A stretch of DNA of 54,852 bases. Origin: Nitrospirota bacterium (lineage in GTDB: Bacteria; Nitrospirota; Thermodesulfovibrionia; Thermodesulfovibrionales; JdFR-85). This document shows positions 38,388 to 48,308 of the stretch, one piece after another. The position numbers and the translations under genes were made by a program. The stretch is from contig JAADGG010000081.1 in NCBI GenBank assembly GCA_013152485.1, forward strand, positions 20,621-75,472. The letters run 5' to 3'. The notes under the pieces are model-generated. The model saw only the letters and a program-made list of their open reading frames with translations. It had not been told where the DNA came from and did not search any database. Within the stretch, counting starts at the first letter, position 1, and each line of letters begins with the position of its first letter.

Positions 38388-39539
38388 CTAAAGCCCCGCA
38401 TCCCTCCTCAGGGTCTCGGCACGATCGGTCCTCTCCCAGGTGAAGTCTTCGTCGTTGCGTCCGAAATGACCGTAGACAGCGGTCTTCTTGTAGATGGGCC
38501 GCCTGAGGTCGAGGGTCTCCATGATGCCCTTGGGGGTCAGGTCGAAGTTCTTCCTCACGAGTTTGACGATCTCCTGGTAGGGAATCTTCTCCGTACCGAA
38601 GGAATCGACGAGTATCGACACGGGCTCGGGAATACCGATGGCGTAGGCGATCTGAACCTCCGCCCTGTCGGCAAGACCCGCAGCCACTATGTTCTTTGCA
38701 ATATAGCGCGCCATGTAAGCCCCTGAACGGTCAACCTTTGTGGGGTCCTTGCCCGAGAAGCATCCGCCCCCGTGCCTGGAGACTCCTCCGTAGGTGTCAA
38801 CGATTATCTTTCTGCCGGTCAGTCCCGTATCGCCCATCGGACCGCCGACAACAAACCTGCCGGTTGGATTTATATGATATTTCACGTTCTCCTCGTCGAG
38901 GAGTTCGTTCGGGACGACAGGTTTTATCACTTTCTCGATCACGTCTTCCCTTATCTCCTTGAGCGTCACGTCAGGGTTGTGTTGCGCTGATACCACTATG
39001 GAATCGATCCTGTAAGGCTTGCCGTCCCTGTATTCAACGGTAACCTGGGTCTTGCCGTCGGGTCTGAGGTAGCCGAGGATGTCCTTCCTCCTGACCTCCG
39101 AGAGCCTTATTGCGAACTTGTGGGCCAGAATGATGGGAAGCGGCATCAGCTCAGGCGTTTCATTGCACGCAAAGCCAAACATGAGGCCCTGATCTCCAGC
39201 GCCTCCGGTATCAACTCCCATGGCTATGTCACCCGACTGACGGTCGATCGCTGTCACCACGGCACAGGTCTCGTAATCAAAACCGTACTTCGCCCTCGTA
39301 TATCCGATATCCCTTATGGTCTCCCTGACAAGCTCGGGAATGTGCACATAGCAGCTCGTGGTTATCTCCCCGGAGACGAATACGAGACCGGTGGTCGTAA
39401 GCGTCTCGCAGGCAACCCTTCCGTAGGGGTCCTCTGCGAGTATGGCGTCCAAGATCGCATCCGATATCTGGTCGGCAATCTTGTCGGGATGACCCTCGGT
39501 TACTGATTCCGAAGTAAAAAAGTAGTTCTTTCTCGGCAT
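38388..39539 (-). CDS. metK: S-adenosylmethionine synthetase
   Basis: [33 protein letters not shown] and [10 protein letters not shown]. Confidence 0.98.
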   Translation of the reverse strand: MPRKNYFFTSESVTEGHPDKIADQISDAILDAILAEDPYGRVACETLTTTGLVFVSGEITTSCYVHIPELVRETIRDIGYTRAKYGFDYETCAVVTAIDRQSGDIAMGVDTGGAGDQGLMFGFACNETPELMPLPIILAHKFAIRLSEVRRKDILGYLRPDGKTQVTVEYRDGKPYRIDSIVVSAQHNPDVTLKEIREDVIEKVIKPVVPNELLDEENVKYHINPTGRFVVGGPMGDTGLTGRKIIVDTYGGVSRHGGGCFSGKDPTKVDRSGAYMARYIAKNIVAAGLADRAEVQIAYAIGIPEPVSILVDSFGTEKIPYQEIVKLVRKNFDLTPKGIMETLDLRRPIYKKTAVYGHFGRNDEDFTWERTDRAETLRRDAGL

Positions 39540-39662
39540 AGCCTCACCTCCCTGATGAAAATATTGGTCTAAATATATTAAACGTTTAAGCTTAAAAATT
39601 AAAAGGGAACCCGTGTTTCTGCATCACGGCATCCCGGGGCCGCAACATATTCAAATATTATT

Positions 39663-39690
39663 ATATTATTATATAAGCACGGTTTGTCAA
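39663..39690 (-). promoter_or_regulatory. Candidate metK-ahcY-rlmN promoter
   Basis: TTGACA (39690-39685), 16 bp, TAATAT (39668-39663), within a very AT-rich tract. Confidence 0.45.
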
Positions 39691-39932
39691 GAACAAAATC
39701 ACAGCCCCTCCAGGCGCGCCGACCCGGGAAAACCGGCTACCTGAAGCAGCCGGAGCCCTGCATAACCGACGGTCAAGAACGGATCGGAGGAAAGGGGTCA
39801 AGTATATCATGCAATTTATGTTATCATTAAAATATATATGCCGGCGCCGACTCGCAGTTGCTCCGGGTCCGGGGCGATGAGCCAGCAAACATCGGTTATT
39901 AAAAGTGATCATGAAACCAGGAGGGACGGTCA

Positions 39933-40364
39933 ATGAAGAATTCCATAAAAAAGATCCTCATGGCGCACGACGGCTCCAAAGACTCGAACAAGGCCCTCAA
40001 GATAGCCGTTGAGATAGCATTGAGGTTCGACTCAGCGCTCTATGTCCTCTCGGTTGTTCCGGAGCTGTATCTTACGGAACTGACGGACTTCGACAGACAG
40101 AGGATAACAGAGGCCCTGACCGAGGAAACCAACAAGACGATGGAGAAGGTAAGGACCTCCCTCGCATCTCATCCCATAGAACACAAGACCCTTGTCAGGC
40201 AGGGTGACCCTGCCGAGACGATACTCGACACTGCCAGAAAAATGAAGGTCAGTCTCATTGTAACAGGCTCCCATGGACGTCACGGAGCCACGAAATTCCT
40301 CCTCGGCAGTGTATCCTCGAAAGTCCTCGACCACGCACATTGCCCTGTGCTCGTGGTGAAATAG
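39933..40364 (+). CDS. Universal stress protein (UspA family)
   Basis: ILMAHDGS, GDPAETI and GSHG……LLGSVS…CPVLVVK. Confidence 0.93.
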   Translation: MKNSIKKILMAHDGSKDSNKALKIAVEIALRFDSALYVLSVVPELYLTELTDFDRQRITEALTEETNKTMEKVRTSLASHPIEHKTLVRQGDPAETILDTARKMKVSLIVTGSHGRHGATKFLLGSVSSKVLDHAHCPVLVVK

Positions 40365-40391
40365 AAACAATGTATACGGAGGAAGCCACCG

Positions 40392-41078
40392 ATGAACATT
40401 CTTGTAGTCGAAGACGAGGAAAACGTAGCTTCTTTCATAAAGACAGGGCTGGAAGAAGAGTCTCATAGCGTCGACATCGCGGCCAACGGAAAAGACGGTT
40501 TCCTGCTGGCATCCGCAAAGGACTACAACCTCATCATACTCGATGTAATGCTGCCCGAGATCGACGGGCTCGACCTCTGCAGGCTGCTCAGGATGAAGGG
40601 GATCCATACGCCCGTTCTCATGCTGACGGCCAAGGACACCGTTGAAGACAAGGTGAAGGGACTCGACAGCGGAGCAGACGACTACCTCACGAAGCCCTTC
40701 TCCTTTGAAGAGCTTCTGGCCCGATTGAGGGCCCTCTCGAGGAGGAGACAGTTCCCCGTCGAGCCGCTCCGTTGTGCTGACCTCAAGATCGACCCCATAA
40801 CCCGAAAGGTCACGAGGTCGGACAGGGAGATCTACCTGAGACCGAAGGAGTTCGCACTGCTGGAGTACCTGTTGAAGAACAAGAACAAGGCTCTTACACG
40901 GACCCAGATACTCCAGAATGTCTGGGGATACAACTTCGACCCCAACACAAACGTCGTCGACGTCCACATAAACTTCCTCAGGGACAAGATAGACCGTGAC
41001 TTTTCAAAGAAACTCATTCACACCGTGCGCGGCATAGGCTATGTTATCAGGGAAGATGACAATAACATTCAGGCATAA
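40392..41078 (+). CDS. OmpR-family response regulator (CusR/CopR-like)
   Basis: Receiver (ILDVMLP, GADDYLTKPF) plus winged helix (NVVDVHI..LR.KID, TVRGIGY). Confidence 0.93.
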   Translation: MNILVVEDEENVASFIKTGLEEESHSVDIAANGKDGFLLASAKDYNLIILDVMLPEIDGLDLCRLLRMKGIHTPVLMLTAKDTVEDKVKGLDSGADDYLTKPFSFEELLARLRALSRRRQFPVEPLRCADLKIDPITRKVTRSDREIYLRPKEFALLEYLLKNKNKALTRTQILQNVWGYNFDPNTNVVDVHINFLRDKIDRDFSKKLIHTVRGIGYVIREDDNNIQA

Positions 41079-42426
41079 ACTCACCTTCATCTATTCCTTC
41101 GTAACCCTCTCTCTCTTGCTCGTATTCGCATCCGCCGTTTATTTCTCTTTCAGGAACAGCCTCGTCAGCGACATAGACGGCCTCCTACTGGCCGAGGCCC
41201 GTATCGCCGCCGCGGAGGGGATAGCCGACGGCTCCAGTGGAGAGATCGAGAAGGTGATGATAAAGAAGACGGGAAACGAGTATGTCCAGGTCTCGAACAT
41301 CCGCGGCGACATATCGATCACATCGCTGAGGTCCGGAACCCTCAGCTGGCCCATAAAGCTCCCCCTTATAGAGAAGGCCTTCAACGGGGTGTATTCCTTC
41401 GACACCGTCTCTTTCAGGGGGGAACCCTACAGAATCCTGCACTTTCCGGTCGACAAGAGCAGGATTCTCAGGCTCGGGTATTCTCTGCAGAAAGTGGACG
41501 CCGAACTGAGAGAGCTCAGGAAACTCTTCTTCTCCCTCCTTCCGTTCATACTGATAACCGTGGTCGTCTTCGGGTACAACATTGCCGGCAGGACCATTCT
41601 TCCCGTGGTCAGGCTGACGGAGACGGCGGACAAGATAAAGAAGGGCGACCTCAAGGAGAGGATACAGCTGGACTATCCGGGCCTCGAGATAAGGAACCTC
41701 GTACGCGTCTTCAATGACATGCTCGACAGTATCCAGAGGCACGTCGAGGGACACAAACGGTTCACATCCGACGTCTCTCACGAAATCCGCTCTCCCCTGA
41801 CCGCACTGAAGGGCAGCATAGAAGTGACGCTCAGACGGAGACGCAAACCCGAAGAGTACGAGGAGGTACTGAAGAAGAACCTTTTTGAAGTGAACAGGCT
41901 TCACAAGATCAGCGACAACCTCCTACTCCTTGCGAGGGCGGACCACGACATCATCGAGCTGAGAAACTCTTGGGTCGACATAAATGAACTGCTCGGTCTC
42001 ATTGTGGAGAGGCACAGGAACAAGATCCTCGAAAAATCACTGAGCGTGATGGAAGAATATCAGGAACCCCTCGAGTTCCTGTGCGACAGGGACCTCCTTG
42101 ACGAGGCACTGTCGAACCTGTTCGACAATGCCCTGAAGTACACACCTGACAACGGCACCATAACCGTAAAGACCGAACAGTCTTTCAACGGGATAACCGT
42201 CTCCTTCCACGACACGGGCCCGGGAATTCCCGAGAGGGACCGGGAGAGGGTCTTCGAGAGGTTCTACCGCGTGGACAAGACGAGGTCCCGCCTGTCCGGC
42301 GGCTCGGGGCTCGGACTTGCCATAACGAAGTGGATCATAGAAACCCACGGGGGAAGCATTTCCGTGAAGAATCACGACGACGGGGGAGCAATCTTCACGA
42401 TAACACTGCCGGTTGACGATGCATGA
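41056..42426 (+). CDS. Sensor histidine kinase (HAMP-HisKA-HATPase, CusS-like)
   Basis: Two TMs, SHEIRSPL, NALKY, DTGPGI, FERFYR and GSGLGL. Confidence 0.92.
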   Translation: MTITFRHKLTFIYSFVTLSLLLVFASAVYFSFRNSLVSDIDGLLLAEARIAAAEGIADGSSGEIEKVMIKKTGNEYVQVSNIRGDISITSLRSGTLSWPIKLPLIEKAFNGVYSFDTVSFRGEPYRILHFPVDKSRILRLGYSLQKVDAELRELRKLFFSLLPFILITVVVFGYNIAGRTILPVVRLTETADKIKKGDLKERIQLDYPGLEIRNLVRVFNDMLDSIQRHVEGHKRFTSDVSHEIRSPLTALKGSIEVTLRRRRKPEEYEEVLKKNLFEVNRLHKISDNLLLLARADHDIIELRNSWVDINELLGLIVERHRNKILEKSLSVMEEYQEPLEFLCDRDLLDEALSNLFDNALKYTPDNGTITVKTEQSFNGITVSFHDTGPGIPERDRERVFERFYRVDKTRSRLSGGSGLGLAITKWIIETHGGSISVKNHDDGGAIFTITLPVDDA

Positions 42427-42477
42427 CGAAACCCGCGCCCGGCCTCTATGCCGGAACAACGAGACGGGGTTTCAGCC

Positions 42478-42939
42478 GTGACCAAGGTCCTCATCAGGGA
42501 TATGACGGTCTCCGACCTCGCTGAGGTGACCGCAATAGAAAACGAGTCCTTCTCGACCCCGTGGTCAGAGGCTTCCTTCCTTTCGGAACTCGACAACCCG
42601 GGCTCTGTCTGTCTGGTAGCCCTGGCAAACGGTTCACTGATAGGCTACGTATGTGCATCGTGCATATTCGACGAAGGACACATCCTGAACCTTGCCGTCC
42701 GGCCCGACTGCAGGAGGAGGGGCGTGGGAAGGATGCTGGTCCTCACCGTCTTGAGAAGGCTGCGGGAGATCGGCTGCAAAAAGGTGTTTCTTGAAGTCAG
42801 GACGTCCAACACCGCTGCAATTGGACTGTATGAGTCCATAGGCTTCAGGATGCTGGGTCTGAGACGGGGCTACTACCACTTTCCGAAAGAAGACGCAGTG
42901 GTAATGGTACTGAACCTGCAACAAACTACACTCTCTTGA
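42478..42939 (+). CDS. rimI: Ribosomal-protein-alanine N-acetyltransferase RimI
   Basis: F..PWS, HILNLAV, RRRGVG, LEVRTSN and YY….EDA. Start is GTG 42478 or ATG 42448. Confidence 0.88.
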   Translation: MTKVLIRDMTVSDLAEVTAIENESFSTPWSEASFLSELDNPGSVCLVALANGSLIGYVCASCIFDEGHILNLAVRPDCRRRGVGRMLVLTVLRRLREIGCKKVFLEVRTSNTAAIGLYESIGFRMLGLRRGYYHFPKEDAVVMVLNLQQTTLS

Positions 42940-43705
42940 GAAACCCCATGCTCCGCAGCACGTCATCGATGGTGTGGGTCTCCACCGTAGTGACGAACCC
43001 GTCTGCACCAATGGCCTCCAATCCGTCAAAGAGCGCCCTGAAGTCGAAGACACCGTCGTCCGGGGGCATGTGAGAATCCCTGGTGCCGTTGTTGTCATGT
43101 ATGTGAAGTTCCAGAAGGTAGGGACCGATGATTCCCAGCCACTCACCAAGCGGTATGACAGAGAAGAGATTGAAGTGACCCGAGTCAAAACACAAACCGA
43201 AGTGCCCGGAGCTTACGGCCTCTGCCAGCATCCTGAGATTGCCGGGCTCTTCCTCGAAGATGTTCTCGATGGCTATGTTTATGCCCAGAGACTCGGCCTG
43301 TGTCACGACCGGCTCCCAGGTCCTCAGGCTGTTATCCAGCCACACACGGGGATTATGCTCGTACTTCCACTTCTCGTACCCTGAATGAAACACCACGGTT
43401 CCGGCCTTGAGCAGCCCGGCTATGTCGAGAGTCCGGGAAAACCTCTCCGTCGTAACCCTTCGTATCAGGGGATCGACCGCGCCGGGGGAAAGGTCCATGA
43501 AGGGGCCGTGGACCGTCAAGGACGGCTCATGGTCGAGAGAGCTCAGCAGGGCGTCTATGGAGGATTCGGTTATCTCCTCGAGGCCTTCAGAGCTGAGATA
43601 GACCTCGAGGTTCAGCCGCTGCTCGTTTATAAAGGGCAGATATTCCCTTATCCTGGCGTAAGGGACGTGGAAGTGAACGGTGGAATTAAACCTTTGTAGC
43701 CTCAG
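42926..43705 (-). CDS. Sugar-phosphate isomerase/epimerase (xylose-isomerase-like TIM barrel), probable CTG start
   Basis: [36 protein letters not shown] and VE. The frame stays open and family-like (HVPY…LEVY) for 62 codons upstream of the ORF-track start at 43519. Confidence 0.8.
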   Translation of the reverse strand: MRLQRFNSTVHFHVPYARIREYLPFINEQRLNLEVYLSSEGLEEITESSIDALLSSLDHEPSLTVHGPFMDLSPGAVDPLIRRVTTERFSRTLDIAGLLKAGTVVFHSGYEKWKYEHNPRVWLDNSLRTWEPVVTQAESLGINIAIENIFEEEPGNLRMLAEAVSSGHFGLCFDSGHFNLFSVIPLGEWLGIIGPYLLELHIHDNNGTRDSHMPPDDGVFDFRALFDGLEAIGADGFVTTVETHTIDDVLRSMGFLKRV

Positions 43706-43961
43706 TTTTGCTGTCCTTCTTCTTTTCCTGTCCCTTGTCCGATGACCCCTTCTTCTCTTCCGCCATGGCCTTCTTCCTCTCAGGAGAGGGATAATCAGTC
43801 ACATACCATCCCGTGCCCTTGAGAACAAAGGACGTGGACGAGATCAGCTTCTTGAGTTCCCCACCGCACTCAGGGCATGTGCTGAGGGGTGCATCGCTGA
43901 ACTTCTGGACCGCCTCGAGCTGCTTCTCACATTTCAGACAGAGATACTCATAGATGGGCAT
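43686..43961 (-). CDS. FmdB-family zinc-ribbon protein
   Basis: [11 protein letters not shown]…CPECGG…[13 protein letters not shown] with a charged tail; SD GGAGGTG. Confidence 0.92.
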   Translation of the reverse strand: MPIYEYLCLKCEKQLEAVQKFSDAPLSTCPECGGELKKLISSTSFVLKGTGWYVTDYPSPERKKAMAEEKKGSSDKGQEKKKDSKTEATKV

Positions 43962-43992
43962 GACTGTCACCTCCTGCTGAAGTATCCTGTAT

Positions 43993-44058
43993 AATATAAT
44001 AAATCGTCGGTTTTTCTGTCAATTCCAGCTTGACCAATTCCGCGCCTGATTGTATACT
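43993..44058. promoter_or_regulatory. Back-to-back divergent sigma70 promoters (fmdB-like / gpgS)
   Basis: Minus strand: TTGACA 44022-44017, 18 bp, TATATT. Plus strand: TTGACC 44030-35, 17 bp, TATACT 44053-58. Confidence 0.6.
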
Positions 44059-44150
44059 TAATAGACGACGGGAGCCCGCAACAAGAGACCCAGAGGGACC
44101 GAGGCACCTGAAACACCCAAGAACAACAGCACAGGACAGGGAGGATTCCG

Positions 44151-45362
44151 ATGTCAGACTTTTACCAGACCGGGCTGATCGCCACCTTCCACAAGCTCGG
44201 GCCATTGAACCTTGAGAAACTGGAGGCCGAGCTGCTGTGGCACAGCCAGGACAGGCCCATAGCACTTGTACTTCCGTCCCTCTTCTCCGAGATCGAGGGC
44301 GAAGCCCTCAACTCCATAATAAGGGAGCTGAAAGAGGTAAGATATATAGCTGAAGTCGTCGTCACGCTCGGCCCGTGCACCAAGGAGGAGTTTCAACAGG
44401 CGAAGGAGTTCTTCTCCGTCCTGCCTCAGAAGACGACCCTCATCTGGAACAACGGCGAAAGGGTGTCCGACGTCTACAGGGATATCGAGGAGGCGAGGCT
44501 GCCGCTCGGTGAGCCCGGCAAAGGCAAGTCGGCCTGGATGGCCTACGGTTATGTGCTCGCCAGAAGGGAACCGAGGGTGATCGTCCTGCACGACTGTGAC
44601 ATAGTCACCTACAGGAGGGACCTCCTCGCAAGACTCTGCTATCCTGTCGTGAATCCGAACCTCGACTACGAATTCTGCAAGGGCTACTACAGCCGCGTGA
44701 CTGACAGGCTGCATGGAAGGGTCACGAGGCTTCTCGTATTTCCGCTGATAAGGGCGCTCCAGAAGATCATCGGGTTCACCCCCCTGCTCGTGTACTTCGA
44801 CAGCTTCAGGTATCCTCTTGCAGGAGAGTTTTCCATGAACGTCGAACTTGCAAGGGTGATCAGGATTCCCGCCGACTGGGGACTCGAGGTCGGCGTGCTG
44901 GCGGAAGTGCACCGGAACTCTGCAACCAGAAGGATCTGCCAGGTCGACATCGCTGAAAACTATGAACACAAGCATCAGGAGCTCTCTCCCGACGATGCCT
45001 CGAAGGGACTGATGAAGATGTGCATCGATATCTGCAAGTCCCTCTTCAGGACCTTGGCTTCCGAGGGTGTCGTATTCTCGGAGGGGTTCTTCAAGGCGCT
45101 GATAGCCACATACGTCCGTACGGCACAGGACATGCTGAAGAGGTTCGAGGACGATGCTGCGATAAACGGCCTGTTCTTCGACCGTCACGCCGAGAGCCTC
45201 GCCGTGGAGACGTTCACAAACGGCATAAAGATCGCCGCAGAAATCATCATGAAGGATCCCCTCGGTGTTCCGTTGATACCGAGCTGGGACAGGGTTACAT
45301 CCGCTATTCCGGACATACTGAACAAGCTGAAGGAGGCGGTGGAGGAAGACAATAAACTTTGA
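44151..45362 (+). CDS. gpgS: Glucosyl-3-phosphoglycerate synthase-like glycosyltransferase
   Basis: DFYQ.G.IAT.H, LPSL.SE, GKGKSAW, HDCDI (DxD), KGYYSR, GRVTRL, FRYPLAGEF, DWGLEVG and YEHKHQ, characteristic of the ~400-aa GpgS type. Confidence 0.8.
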   Translation: MSDFYQTGLIATFHKLGPLNLEKLEAELLWHSQDRPIALVLPSLFSEIEGEALNSIIRELKEVRYIAEVVVTLGPCTKEEFQQAKEFFSVLPQKTTLIWNNGERVSDVYRDIEEARLPLGEPGKGKSAWMAYGYVLARREPRVIVLHDCDIVTYRRDLLARLCYPVVNPNLDYEFCKGYYSRVTDRLHGRVTRLLVFPLIRALQKIIGFTPLLVYFDSFRYPLAGEFSMNVELARVIRIPADWGLEVGVLAEVHRNSATRRICQVDIAENYEHKHQELSPDDASKGLMKMCIDICKSLFRTLASEGVVFSEGFFKALIATYVRTAQDMLKRFEDDAAINGLFFDRHAESLAVETFTNGIKIAAEIIMKDPLGVPLIPSWDRVTSAIPDILNKLKEAVEEDNKL

Positions 45363-45398
45363 ACCCGGAGAGAGATCCGGAACCGGAAGGGAGGGACC

Positions 45399-45899
45399 AT
45401 GAATGCAGTACAGACCGCGATCAAGATGGAGGAGGACGCCATAAGGTTCTATTCGGAGGCGTCCGAAAGGACAAAGCATCCGTTCGGGAAGAAGATGTTT
45501 CAGTCGTTTTCCCTGGACGAAAAGAGACACCTCGAAATGCTCACGGACATCCTCAAGGGACTCGACATCGAGATCAGGGAGGGGCGACCTGAAGAGACCG
45601 TGAAGTCGATATTCGAAACCCTCAAGTCAGAGATGATGGAAAGGGTCGAAGCCACGACCGATGAGATAAACGCGCTGAAGGTGGCACTCGACATGGAAAG
45701 AAACGGGTACGAATACTATAAGGAGACGGCTGCGGGCACGTCCGACGAAAGAGAGAAGGCACTGTTTCTGCGGCTGGCAAAAGAGGAGGAGAAACACTAC
45801 AACATACTCCAGAACACCTATGCCTTTCTCACTGACACCGGCAACTGGTTCATGTGGGAAGAACACGCCATCGTCGACGGCGGCACCCCGTGGGCGTGA
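45399..45899 (+). CDS. Ferritin-like di-iron (rubrerythrin/erythrin-type) protein
   Basis: Two E…Y…ExxH repeats (DEKRH, EEEKH); no rubredoxin domain. Confidence 0.85.
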   Translation: MNAVQTAIKMEEDAIRFYSEASERTKHPFGKKMFQSFSLDEKRHLEMLTDILKGLDIEIREGRPEETVKSIFETLKSEMMERVEATTDEINALKVALDMERNGYEYYKETAAGTSDEREKALFLRLAKEEEKHYNILQNTYAFLTDTGNWFMWEEHAIVDGGTPWA

Positions 45900-46027
45900 G
45901 CAGCTCTGAACGGAGGAGATTTCGGTCACTTGATGACTACGCCCGCCTGACCAGGTCCGGGAGCGCTCACTTCCAAGCGAGGGGCTGAAGGTGAGCCTGC
46001 CGCCCCCTGGTCATGTACGGGGCGGAC

Positions 46028-46831
46028 CTATTTCAGCCCGAGCACATCGAGCATGTCGTAGAGACCGGCACCGCGGCCGTAGACCCACAGGGCGGCCCTG
46101 ACCGCACCTGCCGCAAAGGTATCCCTGCTCGATGCCCTGTGGACGACCTCGATCCTCTCACCCGTGCCGGCAAACATGACGGTATGCTCTCCCACGATGT
46201 CACCGCCACGGATGGTCTGAATGCCTATCTCCTTTCTGCCCCTCTCGCCTATCAATCCCTTTCTCGCATATATGGCGACCTCGTCGAGGTTTCTGCCGAG
46301 GGCCTCGGCCACGACCTGGGCCAGCTTGATGGCGGTACCGCTCGGGGCATCCTTCTTCATCCTGTGATGCGCCTCTATTATCTCTATGTCATAGTCATCC
46401 CCGAGAACCTTGGCGATGTCCCCGAGGACCTTGAAGAGCAGGTTCACCCCGACAGACATGTTGGGGGCCATGACACAGGGGATGTTACGCGTAAGCGCAC
46501 TGATCTCCTGGAGATCCTCCTTGCTGAACCCCGTCGTCCCTATGACGATGGCCTTTCCCTTCTCCGACACGACCCTCAGGTTATGAATCGTTGACCCGAC
46601 CGATGTGAAGTCGATCACCACATCGGTACCGTCTATAACCTCCTCGATCCTGTCACCGATCAGGATACCGGTCTCCCCCCTGCCGATGATCGGACCGATA
46701 TCCTGACCGACCTTCTCATGCCCCTTGCTTTCAAGCACACCCGAGAGGTTTATCTCCGGATGCTCGATGCAAAGGGCCGTAATCCTGCTCCCCATTCTTC
46801 CGGCAGCCCCGGCAACCGTTACATTTATCAT
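46028..46831 (-). CDS. dapB: 4-hydroxy-tetrahydrodipicolinate reductase
   Basis: GAAGRMG, IGTTG, EAHHRMKKDAPSGTA and RGGDIVGEH. Confidence 0.97.
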   Translation of the reverse strand: MINVTVAGAAGRMGSRITALCIEHPEINLSGVLESKGHEKVGQDIGPIIGRGETGILIGDRIEEVIDGTDVVIDFTSVGSTIHNLRVVSEKGKAIVIGTTGFSKEDLQEISALTRNIPCVMAPNMSVGVNLLFKVLGDIAKVLGDDYDIEIIEAHHRMKKDAPSGTAIKLAQVVAEALGRNLDEVAIYARKGLIGERGRKEIGIQTIRGGDIVGEHTVMFAGTGERIEVVHRASSRDTFAAGAVRAALWVYGRGAGLYDMLDVLGLK

Positions 46832-46944
46832 GGCATTCCTCCTTCGTCGAAATCAGGTCAACTATCATAACAAATATCCATTTATCATGAAAAGCTCTGC
46901 ACGGAGGCATAAAACTTCGCGACGGTTAATGTTAAAATACCGGA

Positions 46945-48159
46945 ATGACCGAGAAGAAAAGACCCTTTCCAGCCCTGTACGTAAAGGACTTCAGGCTCTT
47001 CTGGACCGCTCAGGTGATATCCCTTTCCGGGTCCTGGATGCACCAGATGGCACAGGGATGGCTGATATACCAGCTGACGCGGTCCCCGCTCTATCTCGGA
47101 ATAGCCGGGGCGGCACTGTCGCTGCCCGTGCTCGTCTTCACGCTGTTTGGAGGGATACTGGCCGACAGGTACTCCAAGAGGAATATCCTGATCGTTACAC
47201 AGACCCTCAGCATACTTCCTCCCCTGATACTCGGGACCCTGACCTATACGGGAGCGGTGAACGTCTGGCACGCAATCATCACAGCCTTTGTCCTGGGCAC
47301 CATCAACGCCTTCGACATCCCTGCCAGACAGTCCTTTCTGATAGAGATGGTCGGCAGGGGAAACCTCCTCAACGCCATAGCCCTCAGCTCTGCGGCATTC
47401 AACGGCGCACGGGCGCTCGGCCCCCTAGCCGCGGGCCTCATAATCTCATGGGCCGGTCTCCCCGCATGTTTCTTTATAAACGCCCTCAGCTTCATACCCG
47501 TAATCCTCGTGCTGAACATGATGTCGATAAAGGGGACCGTCCGCACAGGCAGCTCGAAAGGCTTCTTCAGTGAATTCAAGGAAGGAATACACTTCATTCT
47601 GAAACAGAAGGATATCCTGACCCTGATCGCGACCATAACGGTCTTCAGCCTCTTCGGCATACCATTCAGCCAGTTCTTTCCCGTCTTTGCAGAAGACATA
47701 CTGGGTGTAGGGGCGAGAGGGCTCGGCTACCTGATGGGAGCTGCAGGCGCGGGGGCGTTCTCTGCAGCCATGATGATAGCCTTCAGGGGCAAGCTCAGAA
47801 ATCCCCGCATGTACATGTCCGTTGCCGCCGTCGTATTCCCCTCTGCTCTCATCGCATTCTCCTTGAGCAGGTCGTTCCCGCTCTCGGTCGTAATCCTCGT
47901 CACCTCTGGCTGGGCGGCGGTCAGCTTTCTCGCCACGGCAAACAGTACCATACAGCTGACTGTAAGCGACAGCCTGCGGGGAAGGGTCATGAGCGTCTAT
48001 TCCCTCGTCTTCCTGGGGATGGCCCCTGCCGGCAGTACCATGATAGGCTATATCGCCGACAGGATCGGTACCCCCCGGGCCCTGACCGCTGCCGGCACCG
48101 TCTGCCTCGTTGCCGGCGGCCTCTTCTTCCTGAGGACAAGGGGAAGGATCGGCGGCTGA
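46945..48159 (+). CDS. MFS transporter (EntS/DUF894-like exporter)
   Basis: 12 hydrophobic segments; FRLFW….S..G.WM, GGILADRY.KR, PARQS and RGRVMS. Confidence 0.9.
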   Translation: MTEKKRPFPALYVKDFRLFWTAQVISLSGSWMHQMAQGWLIYQLTRSPLYLGIAGAALSLPVLVFTLFGGILADRYSKRNILIVTQTLSILPPLILGTLTYTGAVNVWHAIITAFVLGTINAFDIPARQSFLIEMVGRGNLLNAIALSSAAFNGARALGPLAAGLIISWAGLPACFFINALSFIPVILVLNMMSIKGTVRTGSSKGFFSEFKEGIHFILKQKDILTLIATITVFSLFGIPFSQFFPVFAEDILGVGARGLGYLMGAAGAGAFSAAMMIAFRGKLRNPRMYMSVAAVVFPSALIAFSLSRSFPLSVVILVTSGWAAVSFLATANSTIQLTVSDSLRGRVMSVYSLVFLGMAPAGSTMIGYIADRIGTPRALTAAGTVCLVAGGLFFLRTRGRIGG

Positions 48160-48308
48160 CGGTATCCAGGAACAGGACCACCGCACCCCTTGACCTTGTG
48201 TGTCCATGGGAATCGCTTACAGGGAGAGATCGACCCGAGCCGGGCACGGGGGGATACCCGGAGACGAAGTCGACGCCAGACACGGAGAACTACACCACGT
48301 TCAGACCG

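Noticed and set aside
39540-39932. SAM or SAH riboswitch upstream of metK-ahcY
   Set aside because: I could not find SAM-I or SAH core motifs on the minus strand. An Rfam scan would settle it.
44154-45530. Long antisense ORFs (also 2506-3582, 4523-5554, 8466-9785, 22826-23932, 49105-50388)
   Set aside because: They are shadow frames opposite well-supported genes, with no recognisable motifs. Such frames are expected from GC-rich codon bias.
45850-45899. Encapsulin targeting peptide on the ferritin-like protein
   Set aside because: The tail (AIVDGGTPWA) lacks the LxIGSL-type motif, and no encapsulin gene is nearby.
46000-46025. Hairpin CCGCCCC/GGGGCGG between convergent ferritin-like and dapB genes as an intrinsic terminator
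   Set aside because: It has a 12-nt loop and no U-tract on either side, so support is too weak.
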